This document shows, piece after piece, positions 11,801 through 24,184 of a stretch of 64,000 nt of DNA; position 1 is the first letter of the stretch, and every line of letters begins with the position of its first letter. Location of the stretch: contig SMSO01000032.1 in the NCBI GenBank assembly GCA_004764695.1, forward strand, positions 5,488,483-5,552,482, read 5' to 3'. The notes beneath the pieces were generated by a model that did no database searches, was not told the origin of the DNA, and worked only from the letters and a program-made list of their open reading frames with translations. Origin of the DNA: Schizochytrium sp. TIO01. Lineage: Eukaryota > Protista > Bigyra: Labyrinthulomycetes. The translations under genes were made by a program, and so were the position numbers.

Positions 11801-13228
11801 TGTCCCAGAAGCTAGTTGGCTACACCACGATTACGACTACGAGCTAGATCGCTAGGTAGAGAAGTCATCGTTTGGGAGATGCAATCTCGTCCAAACCGTG
11901 ACTAGCATTACTATCATCCCCCTTGATCACACCAACCTTGCAGAAGTTCTTAGCGAGATCTTCTCTAGCTCCTTCTCCATCTCCAACCTATCATCTATCA
12001 TCATAATCATAAGTCCATAAACCTCAAGTCCAAGTCCGTCGATCTATGCTGTGCAGAGTAAACCTTAGAGAGGTCACTTTTTATGAGCCAGAGTTAACAT
12101 CTTCACTAGAAAATAACACCATTGTTTTAAAACAGCCCTCAGCAGCTTTTTATCATGATCACGATGATTATTATGATATGACATTTCTTCATTAAAGAAG
12201 TTAAGAAGAAGAAGAAGAAGAAGAAATAGAATCGAAAGGAAATTCAAGTTCAGGTTCAAAGTGAAAAACATATATTGAGTTTAATCTTGCAAACCTCTTC
12301 ACTTGCAAAACCTGTAACGCAATCCTATGAGTAGATGTGTGCCGACGGGGATATTTGCAGGATTTGCAGTGTTAAAGAAAAAGAGATTGACCTTTTGTAT
12401 GGTCAAGTCTGCGCCATCCGCTGGCTTTGGTCTGAAGGAGTTGCATCCTCGCTCAGAAAAAAGTATGCTAAAGAAAAAACACACTCACACAGAAGAAAAG
12501 AAAAAAAGCAAAAAAAAAAGCAGCGTTATTATTGTTTTTTTAAGATAAAAGAAAAAGAAAAAGAGCGAAAGGAGAAGTAAAGAATTATGGCACGAGGATG
12601 GGACTCTGGGTTTTGCTGAGTTGATTTTCACAGTGCACGAGACCACCTCTGCTTACCCCCTCTTTGGAGTCTTCAGTCTCTGAATTCCAAAACACTCAAG
12701 AGCACATTGCCATCGCTGCTGCTACTGCTGCTACAAGCTACTTTCTAACTTAGAGAGCAAAAGTGCGGGGCCTAGACGGGTCACGGAATTCTGGCGTTAT
12801 TCAACTGGACACCTTCACACGCACATTTGCTCTGAAGTGATAGTAAGAATTTCCCAGCAACCATTATCGCCTTGGGTCCAATCTGCAATTTCCTTCTGAT
12901 CAATCAATCATCGCATACTCAACAGTATCGTTCGACTGAGGTCCGTGGGGTCCAAATGGTGCAAGTACTTGTATAGGCCTGATTAGCAAGATGTTGACTT
13001 TCTCTGGAATAGAATTAACATAGACCATACCCCCAATATTTATGTATTACTGGAATGGGGAGCACAGTGAGCTTAAGCGCAGGACCAGAACTTGGGGTAC
13101 GTCGAGCAGAACTCGGTGCAATAGGAAGTGCGTCGAGAACCGTGCAAGTATCACACTGTTCAAGGCCAACTTGCGGTTGACAGAGTCAAGAGAGTCCGGG
13201 TCCTGAGAAGGAGGTGGTCCAGCTCAAG

Positions 13229-13720
13229 ATGATTGACGTCGTTCTGGTGGAGCCCGAGATTCCTGGCAACACTGGCAACATCATTAGGCTCTGTGCCAAC
13301 ACAGGAGTCAGGCTGCACCTGTGCAAACCACTGGGGTTTAGCTTGGATGAGAAAGCGGTACGACGCGCTGGTATTGACTATCACCGGGAGTTTGTGGATA
13401 ATGTCTTCGTTCACGAAAGTCTTGAAGACTGCTTAAACAATGGCGTTCCCAAAGCTGCTCAAGAAGGCCGTGTTTTCGCGCTATCAGCTCGCGCGTCAAA
13501 TAACGTGTACCAAACTTCTTTCCGCCCAAATGATTGCTTCCTATTTGGCTCAGAGTCCAGAGGCCTTGCGCAACACATACAGTCTGATTTTGCCTCTCGT
13601 GGGCGTCTTCTACGCATCCCAATTTTGCGTAGTACGCGCAGCTTAAATCTGGCCAACGCTGTTTCGATTGTTGCGTTCGAGGCGCTCCGCCAAAATGGGT
13701 TCCCAGGCTTTACAATGTAA
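13229..13720 (+). CDS. trmL: tRNA (cytidine/uridine-34 2'-O)-methyltransferase, TrmL/SpoU (SPOUT) family, bacterial type
   Basis: Motifs VVLVEPEIPGNTGNIIRLCANTG, LGFSLDEKAVRRAGIDY, FLFGSESRGL and RSLNLANAVSIVAFEALRQ. First ATG at 13229, with an in-frame TGA upstream at 13178. Confidence 0.93.
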   Translation: MIDVVLVEPEIPGNTGNIIRLCANTGVRLHLCKPLGFSLDEKAVRRAGIDYHREFVDNVFVHESLEDCLNNGVPKAAQEGRVFALSARASNNVYQTSFRPNDCFLFGSESRGLAQHIQSDFASRGRLLRIPILRSTRSLNLANAVSIVAFEALRQNGFPGFTM

Positions 13721-15322
13721 TCTAGATAACCTATACGTTTGCAACACCCATGCCCCATGCAGCGGCTGTTGATGCTCTAAACGATTTACATTTTGCGTAT
13801 TACTAGGATAGTTCACTTCATATTTTGCTAGATTCCAAGCGCTGGACTCAGCTTGATAATTTAAGATATTCAATGCAAGTAGAATAAAGTATGATGCAGG
13901 AATGCTTCGCTAAGCAGAACACAAAATAGTTTGAATGCCCCGCTAAGTAACAACCAACATAACTTCTCAGTTAATTTCTGAATTCACCATTACATTGAGA
14001 AGAATTTAAACTGATCAGGAAGCGTTATTGGATTGCATTGCTTTGGCCCTGAGTAACACTATTTCTCTTCTCTGTACGTTTAATTGGCTGGAATGTAATT
14101 CCATTTATATTCACAAGAAGATGCTAATACGATAGCCTGGCTGTTGCAGTACTTCAAAGAGTTACAAAGCGGTGGCAACTAGGATGATGGTTCAACAAGC
14201 TGATTAGTACGGACTTGGATGTATGAGCCAATTAAACGCTCTCTATGTATTTGCTAGTCATGCGTTTCCAAGATTAACGATTTAATTAAACTTGCAATGG
14301 AAGACACTGTTACCGAGTACCCAACTTCATTTTGTTTTCTTAATTCTTGTTCGTGCACCTCATTTTTAATAGCAATGACAATTCACATCTGCGATCAGAC
14401 ATAAATTTATTCCTTTTTTGACTCAAATGTTTAGAAATTTGAAATAGTATTGATTATCCAACGATGGCAAGGGAAGTTGTAATTCCCTTCCATTTCATCG
14501 CTAGCAATTTGTATCTGTTCAATTGTATTATTTACTTTTAGCCTTTGCTAGGAATAAAATTTGAAGGTTTTTTGAGTCCATTTCCTGCATATAGATATAA
14601 ATTATGACAAAATCATAGGCAACTATCAATGATATCAGTAGTAATCTGTTTTATTGAGTGGAAAGGAGAGAAGATAGGGATGGGACGGTTCAAATTAGTT
14701 TAATATCTTCGCCACCCAGAGTTTATCCCATTATCCATTAGCATAAATACATAGCCTTAAATTTATACCAACCTCCCGTAGACCAAATATCAGACCTGAG
14801 CAGCTGCCACCGATGTATACAGCCATTCTTTCTTCATGATACAGCCCGGATCAGATCAGCTGTCCCAATCTTTTGTGCGTGTCACAATTTGGTTAATATC
14901 TGCACTGCCTACCTGACCTCTTCAATGCAACGGACTGCGTGTATTGTTACCCTAACCCTGACCGGAAATCCGGGATAAAGAGGTCTAAAAAGAGGTTTAT
15001 TTGGATGGGTGGCTTTGGCTGGAAGGCGAGCGAGTATGTTTTAGTATACTTGTAATGTCTTGTATAGTTCACTTGTACGTTTAATCTCTATTGTTTACCA
15101 TTTTATTTCCTATTTTGATGTGTGACATTTTACTATGAATTATTTATATTACACAATATGGTGATTTGGAGGGCTTTGGATGGGAAGCAAACGGAGATTG
15201 TTGCTGCCTTCAGGTTATTGTCCTCTGGTATCTGTGCTCCGGAGGCCCTCGAGGTAGCTTTTGCAAAACATTATTGAAGAGTTCTTGTTGGTCTCGTCGA
15301 TCAGACAAAAGACATCATTACC

Positions 15323-16057
15323 ATGGAGAAGGGAGGCAAGCTTGCAGGCGCTGGCGGTGAGGAGCTCTACCGCATCCGCATCACCCTCACCAGCCGCAAC
15401 GTGAAGAACCTCGAGAAGGTCTGCACTGAGATCAAGCGCTCCGCCAAGGACAAGAAGCTCAAGGTCTCTGGCCCCGTGCGTCTCCCCACCAAGGTGCTCC
15501 ACCTCACCACCCGCAAGTCCCCGTAAGTTTACATCGAATTCAACACAAATGAAACCTTCGACCCAAAGGAGTGTGATTGGATCACACAACCAGTGGTTGG
15601 TTGGTCTTTGTCTGAGGAGGCATGTTGTACTTTCCCTCATCAACGGCCGGCACCCATAAATAAGTTCGAGTTTCCTAAGGAGTTCCGGGAGCTAATTCTG
15701 TCGCTGCAGCAGGCCCTTGCCTGCGCTGCGAAGCATCGGCCCTGATTAATCTTCTTGGATAATCGACTAGCTGGTGGCTTAGCTTTGATGATAAATAAGT
15801 GCAACGTCGAGATGCTGCATTAGATCAAAATGTAAAAAGTACATATCACATAGATGACTGACAGTATGCGCTGATGTTTAATAAATTGACTTTAATTTAC
15901 AATGAACAGTTGCGGTGAGGGTACCAACACCTGGGATCGCTTCGAGATGCGCATCCACAAGCGTGTGATCGACCTCGTCTCCCCCCAGGAGGAGGTCAAG
16001 CAGATCACCTCTATCTCTATTGAGCCCGATGTCACCGTCGAGATCTACTTCAAGTAA
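15323..16057 (+). CDS. RPS20: 40S ribosomal protein S20 (uS10); exons 15323-15522 and 15910-16057
   Basis: Exon 1 [18 protein letters not shown]...GPVRLPTK...TRKSP splices in frame (GTAAGT...AACAG intron 15523-15909) to [22 protein letters not shown]...[12 protein letters not shown]. Strong C/G-ending codon bias. Confidence 0.97.
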
Positions 16058-16475
16058 ATTGTTGATAGGTTAAAAACGATCTACGGACCACCATAAAAAT
16101 AAGGGATTTTCTGTCTCCCGCGAAAGCATGATTTGTTTTGTTTTACCTTGTCTCTCCCCTTGTGTTTCGACTTGCAGTGAGCGGTTCTTGCATTTTTACA
16201 TCATCTAGTATGACTTTTGAAATGTAGGCACCTAGCTATTTTAGATCGCATGGTCTTTTTCTCTGTGCGGAGTGTGCGAGTTCTGGTTGACTTCTGAAAT
16301 TCATGCGATGAGTAAATACTTGAATCTGTGGTTATATTTATTTTCATGGGTTAAGAATGGATGCGTGATTTTGGGCAGGCTCTTGTGTATATAAGCGTAT
16401 AGGAGAAAATAAATTACAATTTGTTGGGGGTGCGATAGTGATACATTCATTCAATTGCGCGCATACGGCGCAGGT

Positions 16476-17280
16476 CTATTCAGATCGCTCGTCGCTACTT
16501 GAAGAGCCAAGACTGTCGTCCTCCTGTTCATGGTCACGGTCGGCGAAGTGCGAACTGTGCTTGGACCTACTCAAAGATAGACGATGGCGAATCGACCGAG
16601 GACGTGCCTTCTTAGCAACAGAAAGCCTTCCGCGTACGTGCTGTGCTGGGACTTTTGAAGTCCCGTCTTCGTCGTCCACATACTTGTCCACAAAAAACTC
16701 CCTGTTTTCATCATTATAATATATTAATTCATCATAGGGTTAGTTGCTACTTTAACCTAATACACAAATACGTATGGCGCTTTTATTTTCATGATAACTG
16801 AAATCAAGTTGAAACTTACAATGGAATATCCTCCCAAGAGTATAACTTTCGCATGACAGAGAGCTTGCCATTCCAAACGCCATCTGTGCTTCCGAGTGAT
16901 GAAGATGCTGCAGAAGGAGCGCGCCGGCGATGCTCATGTTGGAAATCATCCCTTTCCTCCTCATCATCGATGTCTACATCTTTGATATCGCTGTCCACAT
17001 GAGAGTCATCAGAACCCCGCGTTTTGCTACGGCGTCTGCCAACTGAGAGGCGCTTCATAGCGCCTGCTATGGTGGGCATGGGACTCCTTTGTGAATCTCC
17101 TGCTAAACTCGCTGAAGATTCGGATAGCCCTGTTGATGTGGACTCTGTTGAATCTTCGCTTCGTGAGAGAATGGGTTTTGCTGATACAGCAAATGGTTCG
17201 TCTGCTTTATGTGCTGTAACCTCGGTACTATTACCAAAAGAATTGGTGGATGTTTCTGGCACTGAGGAAACGCAGCCCAT
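16476..17280 (-). CDS. Hypothetical Ser-rich protein with MGCxxS N-terminal acylation motif; exons 17280-16820 and 16701-16476
   Basis: A GTAAGT donor at 16819 and CAG acceptor at 16702 join two ORFs in frame (WEDIPL-EFFVDKYVDD). N-terminus MGCVSS. Confidence 0.8.
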
Positions 17281-19989
17281 ACGAAGAGAACTAGAAGTAG
17301 TCTACACAATGGTAACCACTAAGTACTACCTAGGACAGCGGCGGCGGGATCGCTCTTTCTTTGAGGATCGGTTTGCGTATGTTGTGCAGTGGTGTGGGGG
17401 GTCTAATCTCGGTCAGACTGGCGATGAGGAAAAGGCGAAGCCAGCTTTGCGTATTCTGGCAGCCAATCGATCGACTTGCCAGCTGGGTTCAAGGCAGCGT
17501 CCACGGCAGCTTGGCTCTCAATGACTTGTCACTTTGCGAATCTCAGGGTCCTTCTTGCCGCTACCACCCACCCGTTTTACAGGTGCACTGCGTCTGTCTC
17601 CACGTAATACAGCGAGATATCGAGGTACCTATATTGAATGATTCCAGCTTTCTTCTGGAGGCAGATAAAGCACAAGAGAACTCGAGAACCTACAAGTTTG
17701 CTTTTTATGACTATTTGTCTCGTCTATGTAGCCCGCCTTAGTAGCTAGCGAGCTAGCTTCAGGCCGGCTGGTGGCGGCGGCAGCCACAAGGTCGTAACCT
17801 GCCCCGCTTTGTTCACGCCCGTCAGTCGCTGGTTACGACTCACCCACCGCAAGAATCTCTTGGAAAGAATCCAGTTTGCCAGACCCAATAGCCGAGCTAG
17901 ACGACTAGTTTGATTTCAATGGCGGTGCTTGTGTTTCCAAGTTTTCAGGTTCGTCCGGGCTGGAGACGACAGCAGTAGCGTTGAAGAAGGTCGCAGGGAG
18001 TTAGAGTTCTGCTCCCAGTTTGCTGTCCGCTGTCAGAACCACAGCGAAGGCAAGAACCAGGTTCCTTTCCTGCAGATAGTAGGAAAGCTGTGGCTACCTA
18101 AGCTAGCACCTACCGAATTGCGCGAAGCGGAAATGACCGTTCTTGCGAAGTTGCGATCGTAAGTACCCTCAAAACTTTGTAAACGGGTTCCCTTCACAGA
18201 CTCACAGATTCACGTGCGACCAAGTTTTTTCTTTTTTCTTTTTTTACTTCTTTTCTTCCTTTCTTTCTTTTCTTTAGGTTTCTTTTCTTTTCTGCTTCTC
18301 TGTTTTGTTGATTTCTTTGTCAGCTCCGGTTCTTTCGAAGACGATCGAATCGATTTAATCAGACTCACGCAAAAACTAGGCAGTCAGCAGCGGTGAAGCA
18401 GTGGTGCCGGGGCCTGTTTCTTTGGGAGCAACGACGGGTCGGTCAGCTTGGAGTTTGCTTGTTCCATCTGCAAGCTTGCTTCGTCTGTTCTTGCGTCGTG
18501 TTTTACTCACTCACTCGCTCAGTTTATGGGTATGTTCAAAGAGAAGCTCACGGCGAGTGGCGCTCGAATGAATGAGCCTATATGGACCACCTCTGCCCGG
18601 ACCACGGCAAGGTCGGTTACTTCGCAGCAGCAGGCACACGGAGGGGCGCAGCAAAGAGGCCAACCAGGGCGAACGGACGTAACGTCTGTTGAAGACTCAG
18701 CGTCTTGCTGTAAGCCAGGCCTGCTTGCCTGCGGTAGAAGTAAGCCTTTAGTCTTTCCAAAGAACTCAATGGTGGCTCAACCTGAATGAGGGAGCTTGGC
18801 TCTCGCGCTCCCAAAGCGAGGGTGGGCGGCAAAGAGGGTGACAGCACAGGAGAACTTGAGTGCAGGCTCGGCCGTCATAGACGCGGAGAGTATTGTGGAC
18901 ACTACGGATGGTGTTGTCGGGGCGTCGTTGACGCACGGAGAGACTTGCGGAAGGATGAAACTTGCGCAGCACGTGCAAAATTAACTCTTGTCTATCTATG
19001 CCAATAGGTAAAGTATTTTGAAAGAACAAGAGAGAAGACAGAAAGAAAGAAAGAAAGAAAGAATGGACAGGAAGAGAACTTCAAATGGTATGTTTAGCGC
19101 GTCCACCGATAGACGAAAACAAAACCCTACTGGTGGATCACCTTGTGCGCAGATTTGGAAGGCCTTAGAATCAGTTTTGCTGCCGCCTCGAGTCGAGAAG
19201 AACCATGATCTTTTGCTCAAAACATCGAACCTGCTCAAACATCAAGGAACTGTTTACTTTTCATGTGTTATATATATATACACCTAAGCTCAGCACGTGC
19301 ATGATTCCCAAAGGGGGTAGTGCTGGAGGCCTTCGAGGAGACTATACAAATGGGGGGGGGGAGAGGGGGGTGGGAGCTTTGCTGGCGAGATGCTTGGCGT
19401 GCTGTTAATGCTGGTGCCGGTGCTGGTGTTGGTGCTGGTGATGCGAAGGATTGGGGCGGTACGTAGTCCGAACTTCGCGGATTCCATGCTTTGAAGAAAG
19501 AAACTGCTTCTTTATTTTTTTAAATTAAAAAATAAAATAAAATCTAAATAAATGTTTAGCTATACAGTCAGTTACATCCATCTTCAAAGAAGCAAACGAA
19601 TTAAGAAACAGTTGCATTAGAGTAAACCGAAGCGCAAAATCGGTATGGAGAGAAAGCACTGCACTGGCAGGAGTCTGGTTTAGAGTTCATACTACCCACC
19701 ACCTCTAACAACGCCATTATGGCACGGCAATGGATGGCAAGGTGGAATCTACACTCTTTCCATGTTTCAGTTTGTATTCATGATATGATGAGAAAAAAGG
19801 AACTAAAACTGGGCTCCTTTTGTTTCATTCATAGTTTCATAAAAATAATGGCATAGTAGGTTCCTACATAGACACCTTCCTAGGAAATGTTATTTTGGTT
19901 TTAGCGATGGCCAGTTTCCTTCACGCAGAGCTTGCGAGATTCGGGGCTTCGGAATCCGTCGGATGCTTGCTTGATCTGGAGAAGAAATG

Positions 19990-20720
19990 TTTAGGGCCGC
20001 TGCTGCAGGAGGCTCAGCATTTCAACGCTCGTTCTGTGCTGGAGAAGGTGCTGGAAACGCAATTCACCATCAGCATCGAGGTTGCGGCAATCTTCAACTT
20101 GAAGAGATCTCACACGTGTAAGTGAAATTAGCCGACCCTTCAACGTACGTGCATGCAACAATAAGTGGACTTTACAGCCTCCGCTCCCGGCGAGAACAAC
20201 TTGGACTTGGACGGGATGGATGCCAATCGTTTGGACAGACGACGACGTGGGTTTCAGGGAAGTTGAGGCGGGAAGACACTCAATCAGTCGTTCGATTGTG
20301 CCTCCTCTGTCGGGACGCTGTAGCAGTGATTTCTTTGGTACTCCTTCCACTTGCATTTCTTTACCTAGTCCTTTCTTGATTGCAGCGTCCACCCATTGTC
20401 CAAGTTCTTGCAAGGCGTTCATCAATAACTTTGAGATCAGACCTGTTAAGGCAGGTAGGTCGCTAGCATTGAATTTGGGCTGGCCCAACGATTTGAGGAC
20501 AGTAACTTCGCGCTCCTGATCGCTCTGATGTGAAGTTTAGCACTCTTCACATTCATTCATATTTGAGGGTCGCTTCCTTCAATTCTCCGCAATCGTCGAA
20601 GCACGCGATACATATACCATCATTCGCGCATTGCAGAGTTGGTTCGGTGAACGGAAGGCCCAATATATGCTTCATGAGATCGTTAACGTAAATGTGCCAA
20701 TGGGAAACCTTCAAAGTTCG
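19990..20720 (-). pseudogene. Decayed coding remnant, possibly a kinase N-lobe
   Basis: Frame-shifted protein-like fragments GELKEATLKYE, RVLNFTS and QEREVTVLKSL, followed by a 165-codon open stretch. No catalytic loop recognised. Confidence 0.25.
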
Positions 20721-21189
20721 TTCGGATCAGAGCATCTCCTTTGATGAAACTGGTACGGGTAGCAAACGATAATAGATTAAGAGGAAAAAATAAAAATGAA
20801 AGGGAAAAGCTTTGCATGAGCAGAGGTGGTAAGTAATAGGTAGCCAGCCATTGATTGGTACCTAGCGATGAAAGGAATATCAGAGGAATTGGCTTTTGGG
20901 TTTCTTTGAGTGAGATTTGCGCCCGAGTGGTCGAAATGTGGAGGACAACTGTACTTCAAGCTGCACGTGATGATGGTGATGGCTAGTTACGCCGAAGACA
21001 ACTCGAAGCACATAACGCGCGTAAACTGCGCTGGGCTGGCTGTCGGAAGAGCTCCGCTGGCCCAGCGCTGAGCGCAGTTCCTATCACCTGGTCCGTTTCG
21101 ATGTAGCCGCGGATCAGGACACTCCAATCGAGCGCTGGCCACCGCAGTGACTACGGCAACGAAACGAAGAACTGGAAACGAGCATGACA

Positions 21190-21930
21190 ATGAGCCACTC
21201 AGAGCCTGAGGAAGCCAAGGTCATCAAAACCTTCGAAAGCCTCAGCAGAACGTGAGTGGGACTAGATAAGACTCTCCTGCAACCTTTGAGCTAGCCATGT
21301 CCAAGTTCAACTTCAAGGAAAGATTAATGTTCGCGCGATTGTTTCCAGGCCCGTCGTGCCACTCAGCATGAACGCCGCTATCATGCTGTTACGAAAAATA
21401 CCTCTTAATCATCGACTCGAATCTTACTTTTGATGCTGAAGAAGGTATTCCTGTAAAGTTCTTCTTGCCAAAACTCTTCAACGCTTGGGTGATTTGAGCA
21501 GATCTATCAGGTCACAGTCAGGTCATCTAGACGAATACAAACGCTCCGAGTTTGGGTTTAGGGTCGACTCGAGTACCTCTAAACGAGGTTCAAGCTTCTT
21601 GACCAGACCAAAACTAGATACAGCCCCCAGCACAAGCGGGTCCCTGGCCGTTGTAGCGTACAAAGGTTTAACAGACGAGATATCGTATGGTCTATCATTG
21701 ATACGGGGTAAAGAGCAAGATTCCAGGTACGGACATGCCAAAAATATATCGGCGTTGTACATAACCTCTGGAGAAATATCGACATGCAGTAAGGATTTTC
21801 AGAATTCCTGGTCACCCGGACTTGCACTGTTAGAGGGGAGATCTAGAACGCAATTCGGACCTAATGGTAACTAAAACTGAACTGTTCTTGCGACTTTAAC
21901 TTGCAGGTGCTGGAGAAAAGATCTTTTGGC
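21190..21930 (-). pseudogene. Decayed leucine-rich-repeat (FBXL-like) gene remnant
   Basis: Reads KSLLHVDISPEVMYNADIFLACPYLESCSL...KLEPRLEVLESTL with multiple in-frame stops. A similar fragment (HCEVLETLYLAY) lies near 22430-22480. Confidence 0.4.
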
Positions 21931-23326
21931 TCATTGCCAACAGACTAAGCTTCGGCCTAGGTAGCGTTTCTTTAACTTATCATTTTCATATAGTTTCTGT
22001 CAGCAAGAATTGTATGTAGCCAGAAATCTGATTTGACTTTTTCTTTTTAATAAATAAAGATAAAGTAAACCTAGCAGTTGGAACCTAGCATATACTACTA
22101 TTGGGAGTGATAGGCCTCTATATCTATGTAGCTGCCTATCTCCTCAAGGTGTGCTGTATTGTTTACATAGCATGCTCTTCAATTAAAATCTCTAGGTCTT
22201 TAGGGGCTTCACGTTGTCGAAATGGCTCGAGTTCTTTAAATTGGTGACGGATAACTTAGTGTGTAGCAACGTTTTGGGTATAAAAACTTAGTTTGCGCCG
22301 GCCAACCGATTGTCTTTTCTTCAAGTGTCCAGGGGACAATGTCTTGCACTTCTAATGATTATTTGCAGGTCACGGTGTTTGCTAATACCTTCTTTATTTT
22401 AAAATAAAATTTAAAAATACAAGATGTAAGCTAGGTACAGGGTTTCTAATACTTCACAGTGTGTGTTAAGGCAGCTTTGAACGCCTGCACACTGCTCCTG
22501 CATTTTCATAAGACCTGATATCCTGCAAAGCATCAAGTCTTGACATGTTATTCGTACCACTACCAAACCGTCAATTCATTTGTTCCATACATCTATTCAA
22601 TCAATGCGATTTTCTGTGGTTGGCGGGATAATAATCTGGCGAGCCCTGTAATAAACTTCAGAACTTTTTTTCATCTGAAAACACTCACCACAGGTGTAAG
22701 CTAAAAGCCCTGGCTATATTAAACATCTTACCCTCCCACGTTGTGCACACCTGCACATTCTTGCTCCAAAATAATTAATACATGACATCTGAGAATAGAG
22801 ATACCAGCATCAAACTAACTGAATTTGTCCATTGTGATTCTGTGCAGAAGTATGCATAGTTGGCAAAGAGAAGAAAGGGCGAGGGCGAAGATATCTGACA
22901 TAATAGTTTATAAAAACGTGTTGAAACCAAAACTGTGTCATTACAAAGGCTTTCGTCGTGCTTGGAAAAGCAAGGCGTACACAAGCATAATAGATAATAA
23001 TTATTAAAGTAAAAGAGAAGGAATCGAGGTGAAATTACATGATCAAAATACAAAATCAAAAGGCTCCAGTACATCGTAGTGCAAAATCGAAAGAACACGT
23101 TTCATGCAGAAGGGTAGCTGTTTAGTACCAAACAACCGCTGATCATAGAACAATTTGACAAAGTACTGCCGAAAAGGCTCAAGATCTCGCAAATGCAAAT
23201 GTTTTGCTTTTGGCTGACTTTAGCGTCTGCTTTTATTCATGAATCAATCTTCGCTGACTAGACTGCATAGCTAAAAGCTCAAAAGCCTTCAGTGCATTAA
23301 TACAAACATCCTCCTGGCAGTACAAT

Positions 23327-24184
23327 CTAAGAGAAACACAGCAGGTAAATCGAATGGGCACAGGTTTCAGAGTTGGATCCCAGTTGTCGGTTACGGTCTG
23401 GGTGATCTCTTGCAAGCCACATTAGATCAACTTTCCATCGCAAGTTGGCAAAGACTCGATATTCACCTGAACGAGTTGGGCTATCTACCTCGTAATACGG
23501 TGCCAAAAGTCCAATACGCCTCGGACAGTATTGCCTTATTTGCTTCTGAGGAAGGAAGACGCCAGCATCACGAAAGGAGCAATGCCAGCAAAGAGGGACA
23601 TTAAGCTCCTTTGTTGAGGCTTTGGCTCCACAATTCGCACAATGGTCACTCAAGAGCATTGTGAGAAAGCTCCGAGGAGAAAACGTTGGCGGCGGGAGCT
23701 GAACAGGCATATTCTGTCGGCGTTTCATAAAATGCTTGACTATCTGCGACGTCTGCATGATATGGGGCCACTCTAAAGCAAAAAATTGGTCATGCATCTT
23801 GCAAACCATGGAAACAGCAAGGATCGTTTCTTCATCAAGGTACTGAACTACGTTTGCCAAAAGAAAATCTGAGAACCCTGAGCTCGCACATACTGCGTCT
23901 TTCTGCTTTCCTGAGGTATGCTCTATCATCAGCTCGTGATTTAAGGATGCCACAGAGCTAGTCCGCGTTGATGATGCGAGACTTCGCACTGATTTCAGTC
24001 TCTTCACGTCCTCTTCTTGGTCATCGTCATCCACAGATCCCAGTATTGTAATATCTCCTCGAAATCCAGCGTCCTCGTCCTCATCATCTCTCTCACGCTC
24101 AACTATAGCGTTCGCAACAGTGCCACCCGTAACGGCAGGAAGTCTGTCGCGCTTTCGCTTTCGCTCTGGGACTGTCTCTCCCAT
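23327..24184 (-). CDS. F-box domain protein with CxxC...CxxC putative Zn finger
   Basis: F-box-like FSDFLLANVVQYLDEETILAVSMVCK, Cys cluster CANCGAKASTKELNVPLCWHC, and NLS-like RKRKRDR after the first ATG (24184). Confidence 0.75.
   Translation of the reverse strand: MGETVPERKRKRDRLPAVTGGTVANAIVERERDDEDEDAGFRGDITILGSVDDDDQEEDVKRLKSVRSLASSTRTSSVASLNHELMIEHTSGKQKDAVCASSGFSDFLLANVVQYLDEETILAVSMVCKMHDQFFALEWPHIMQTSQIVKHFMKRRQNMPVQLPPPTFSPRSFLTMLLSDHCANCGAKASTKELNVPLCWHCSFRDAGVFLPQKQIRQYCPRRIGLLAPYYEVDSPTRSGEYRVFANLRWKVDLMWLARDHPDRNRQLGSNSETCAHSIYLLCFS

Noticed and set aside
14949-14959. ACCCTAACCCT telomere-like/telo-box upstream of RPS20
   Set aside because: Under two repeat units and about 370 nt from the ATG, which is insufficient support.
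18786-19007. ELECRLG resembling the ExExRLG motif of CYTH/viral RNA triphosphatases
   Set aside because: An isolated 7-residue match in a short ORF with no further motifs.
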